NCBI GenBank assembly: GCA_965235115.1
Contig: OZ249436.1
Span: forward strand, 3,970,001-4,034,000
Direction: 5' to 3'
DNA length: 64,000 nucleotides
Origin: Laetmonice hystrix
Lineage: Eukaryota
In this document: piece after piece, positions 59,790-64,000 of the stretch
Layout of the letters: the number at the start of each line of letters is the position of its first letter
How positions within the stretch are numbered: position 1 is the stretch's first letter
Translations under genes and position numbers: made by a program
The notes under the pieces: model-generated
Seen by the model: only the letters and a program-made list of their open reading frames with translations
Told to the model about the DNA's origin: nothing
Databases searched by the model: none

Positions 59790-62700
59790 GCCTCAACTCT
59801 AACACTAACCCTTCAACCCGTCCTCAGACCTTACACTAACCCTTCCACCCCGTCCTCAGACCTTACACTAACCCTTCCACCCCGTCCTCAGACCGTACAC
59901 TAACCCTTCCACCCCGTCCTCAGACCTTACACTAACCCTTCCACCCCGTCCTCAGACCTTACACTAACCCTTCCACCCCGTCCTCAGACCTTCCACTAAC
60001 CCTTCCACCCCGTCCTCAGACCTTACACTAACCCTTCCACCCCGTCCTCAGACCTTACACTAACCCTTCCACCCCGTCCTCAGACCTTACACTAACCCTT
60101 CCACCCCGTCCTCAGACCTTACACTAACCCGTCCACCCCGTCCTCAGACCTTACACTAACCCTTCCACCCCGTCCTCAGACCTTACACTAACCCTTCCAC
60201 CCCGTCCTCAGACCTTACACTAACCCGTCCACCCCGTCCTCAGACCTTACACTAACCCCTCCACCCCGTCCTCAGACCTTACACTAACCCTTCCACCCCG
60301 TCCTCAGTCCTTACACTAACCCTTCCACCCCGTCCTCAGACCTTACACTAACCCTTCCACCCCGTCCTCAGACCTTACACTAACCCTTCCACCCCGTCCT
60401 CAGACCTTACACTAACCCTTCCACCCCGTCCTCAGACCTTACACTAACCCTTCCACCCCGTCCTCAGACCTTACACTAACCCGTCCACCCCGTCCTCAGA
60501 CCTTACACTAACCCCTCCACCCCGTCCTCAGACCTTACACTAACCCTTCCACCCCGTCCTCAGTCCTTACACTAACCCTTCCACCCCGTCCTCAGACCTT
60601 ACACTAACCCGTCCACCCCGTCCTCAGACCTTACACTAACCCTTCCACCCCGTCCTCAGACCTTACACTAACCCTTCCACCCCGTCCTCAGTCCTTACAC
60701 TAACCCTTCCACCCCGTCCTCAGACCTTACACTAACCCTTCCACCCCGTCCTCAGAACTTACACTAACCCTTCCACCCCGTCCTCAGACCTTACACTAAC
60801 CCGTCCACCCCGTCCTCAGACCTTACACTAACCCGTCCACCCCGTCCTCAGACCCGTACACTAACCCTTCCACCCCGTCCTCAGACCTTACACTAACCCG
60901 TCCACCCCAGCCTCAACTCTAACACTAACCCGTCCACCCCGTCCTCAGACCTTACACTAACCCGTCCACCCCGTCCTCAGACGTTACACTAACCCTTCCA
61001 CCCCGTCCTCAGACCTTACACTAACCCTTCCACCCCGTCCTCAGACCTTACACTAACCCTTCCACCCCGTCCTCAGACCTTACACTAACCCGTCCACCCC
61101 AGCCTCAACTCTAACACTAACCCGTCCACCCCGTCCTCAGACCTTACACTAACCCTTCCACCCCGTCCTCAGACCTTACACTAACCCTTCCACCCCGTCC
61201 TCAGACCTTACACTAACCCTTCCACCCCGTCCTCAGACCTTACACTAACCCTTCCACCCCGTCCTCAGTCCTTACACTAACCCTTCCACCCCGTCCTCAG
61301 ACCTGACACTAACCCTTCCATCCCGTCCTCAGACCTTACACTAACCCGTCCACCCCGTCCTCAGACCTTACACTAACCCTTCCACCCCGTCCTCAGACCT
61401 TACACTAACCCTTCCACTCCGTCCTCAGACCTTACACTAACCCGTCCACCCCGTCCTCAGACCTTGCACTAACCCTTCCACCCCGTCCTCAGACCTTACA
61501 CTAACCCGTCCACCCCGTCCTCAGACCTTGCACTAACCCTTCCACCCCGTCCTCAGACCTTACACTAACCCTTCCACTCCGTCCTCAGACCTTACACTAA
61601 CCCTTCCACCCCGTCCTCAGACCTTACACTAACCCTTCCACCCCGTCCTCAGACCTTACACTAACCCTTCCACCCCGTCCTCAGACCTTACACTAACCCT
61701 TCCACCCCGTCCTCAGACCTTACACTAACCCGTCCACCCCGTCCTCAGACCCGTACACTAACCCTTCCACCCCGTCCTCAGACCTTACACTAACCCGTCC
61801 ACCCCGTCCTCAGACCTTACACTAACCCTTCCACCCCGTCCTCAGACCTTACACTAACCCTTCCACCCCGTCCTCAGACCTTACACTAACCCTTCCACAC
61901 CGTCCTCAGACCTTACACTAACCCGTCCACCCCGTCCTCAGACCGTACACTAACCCTTCCACCCCGTCCTCAGACCTTACGCTAACCCTTCCACCCCGTC
62001 CTCAGACCATACACTAACCCTTCCACCCCGTCCTCAGACCTTACACTAACCCTTCCACCCCGTCCTCAGACCTGACACCAACCCTTCCATCCCGTCCTCA
62101 GACCTTACACTAACCCTTCCACCCCGTCCTCAGACCTGACACCAACCCTTCCATCCCGTCCTCAGACCTTACACTAACCCTCCACCCCGTCCTCAGACCT
62201 GACACCAACCCTTCCACCCCGCCCTCAGACCTTACACTAACCCTCCACCCCGTCCTCAGACCATACACTAACCCTTCCACCCCGTCCTCAGACCTTACAC
62301 TAACCCGTCCACCCCGTCCTCAGACCTTACACTAACCCCTCCACCCCGTCCTCAGACCTTACACTAACCCTTCCACCCCGTCCTCAGTCCTTACACTAAC
62401 TCTTCCACCCCGTCCTCAGACCTTACACTAACCCTTCCACCCCGTCCTCAGACCTTACACTAACCCTTCCACCCCGTCCTCAGACCTTACACTAACCCGT
62501 CCACCCCGTCCTCAGACCTTACACTAACCCTTCCACCCCGTCCTCAGACCGTACACTAACCCTTCCACCCCGTCCTCAGACCTTACACTAACCCTTCCAC
62601 CCCGTCCTCAGACCTTACACTAACCCTTCCACCCCGTCCTCAGACCTTACACTAACCCTTCCACCCCGTCCTCAGACCTGACACTAACCCTTCCATCCCG

Positions 62701-64000
62701 TCCTCAGACCTTACACTAACCCTTCCACCCCGTCCTCAGACCTTACACTAACCCGTCCACCCCGTCCTCAGACCTTACACTAACCCTTCCACCCCGTCCT
62801 CAGACCGTACACTAACCCTTCCACCCCGTCCTCAGACCTTACACTAACCCTTCCACCCCGTCCTCAGACCTTACACTAACCCTTCCACCCCGTCCTCAGA
62901 CCTTACACTAACCCCTCCACCCCGTCCTCAGACCTTACACTAACCCTTCCACCCCGTCCTCAGTCCTTACACTAACCCTTCCACCCCGTCCTCAGACCTT
63001 ACACTAACCCTTCCACCCCGTCCTCAGACCTTACACTAACCCTTCCACCCCGTCCTCAGACCTTACACTAACCCGTCCACCCCGTCCTCAGACCTTACAC
63101 TAACCCTTCCACCCCGTCCTCAGACCGTACACTAACCCTTCCACCCCGTCCTCAGACCTTACACTAACCCTTCCACCCCGTCCTCAGACCTTACACTAAC
63201 CCTTCCACCCCGTCCTCAGACCTTACACTAACCCTTCCACCCCGTCCTCAGACCTTACACTAACCCTTCCACCCCGTCCTCAGACCGTACACTAACCCTT
63301 CCACCCCGTCCTCAGACCTTACACTAACCCTTCCACCCCGTCCTCAGACCTTACACTAACCCTTCCACCCCGTCCTCAGACCTTACACTAACCCGTCCAC
63401 CCCGTCCTCAGACCTTACACTAACCCGTCCACCCCGTCCTCAGTCCTTACACTAACCCTTCCACCCCGTCCTCAGACCTTACACTAACCCTTCCACCCCG
63501 TCCTCAGACCTTACACTAACCCTTCCACCCCGTCCTCAGACCTTACACTAACCCTTCCACCCCGTCCTCAGACCTTACACTAACCCTTCCACCCCGTCCT
63601 CAGACCTTACACTAACCCTTCCACCCCGTCCTCAGACCTCACACTAACCCTTCCACCCCGTCCTCAGACCTCACACTAACCCTTCCACCCCGTCCTCAGA
63701 CCTCACACTAACCCTTCCACCCCGTCCTCAGACCTCACACTAACCCTTCCACCCCGTCCTCAGACCTTACACTAACCCTTCCACCCCGTCCTCAGACCTT
63801 ACACTAACCCTTCCACCCCGTCCTCAGACCTTACACTAACCCTTCCACCCCGTCCTCAGTCCTTACACTAACCCTTCCACCCCGTCCTCAGACCTTACAC
63901 TAACCCTTCCACCCCGTCCTCAGACCTTACACTAACCCTTCCACCCCGTCCTCAGACCGTACACTAACCCTTCCACCCCGTCCTCAGACCTTACACTAAC
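59790..64000. repeat. 32-bp C-rich satellite (~130 copies, runs off the window end)
   Basis: Unit gaccttacactaacccttccaccccgtcctca; the period is confirmed by recurrence at a 480-nt (15-unit) offset. Confidence 0.97.

Noticed and set aside
59790..64000. True telomere
   Set aside because: The unit is 32 bp with a single CTAACCC, not (TTAGGG)n, and the C-rich strand faces the wrong way for a right-hand chromosome end.

Overview
Eukaryotic (animal, probably bilaterian invertebrate) genomic DNA with three spliced + strand protein-coding genes, each traced exon by exon with consistent GT-AG phases. (1) A NuMA-like spindle protein, 5'-truncated, 192-~21550. It has a Hook/NuMA-type CH domain, a very long coiled coil that includes a 588-codon Cys-rich 14-residue-repeat exon, the conserved NuMA tail, and apparent alternative C-termini. 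(2) A TMC (transmembrane channel-like, TMC7-like) gene, ~32099-46030. (3) An SLC43-family MFS transporter (SLC43A3-like), 48650-55257. Introns and intergenic DNA hold many non-autonomous DNA transposons (Kolobok-type TTAA MITEs, hAT-like, Tc1/mariner-like, Harbinger-like, and a Helentron-type HINE with nested inserts), microsatellites and about 15 minisatellites. The window ends in a >4 kb 32-bp satellite. The most unusual signals are minisatellites that amplify real splice sites together with exon sequence (20 tandem acceptors; 4, 6 and ~21 tandem donors), five unrelated repeats that share a 41-bp period, and the Cys-rich NuMA coil. No rRNA, tRNA or CRISPR array was recognised. All family assignments are from remembered motifs, not from database searches.
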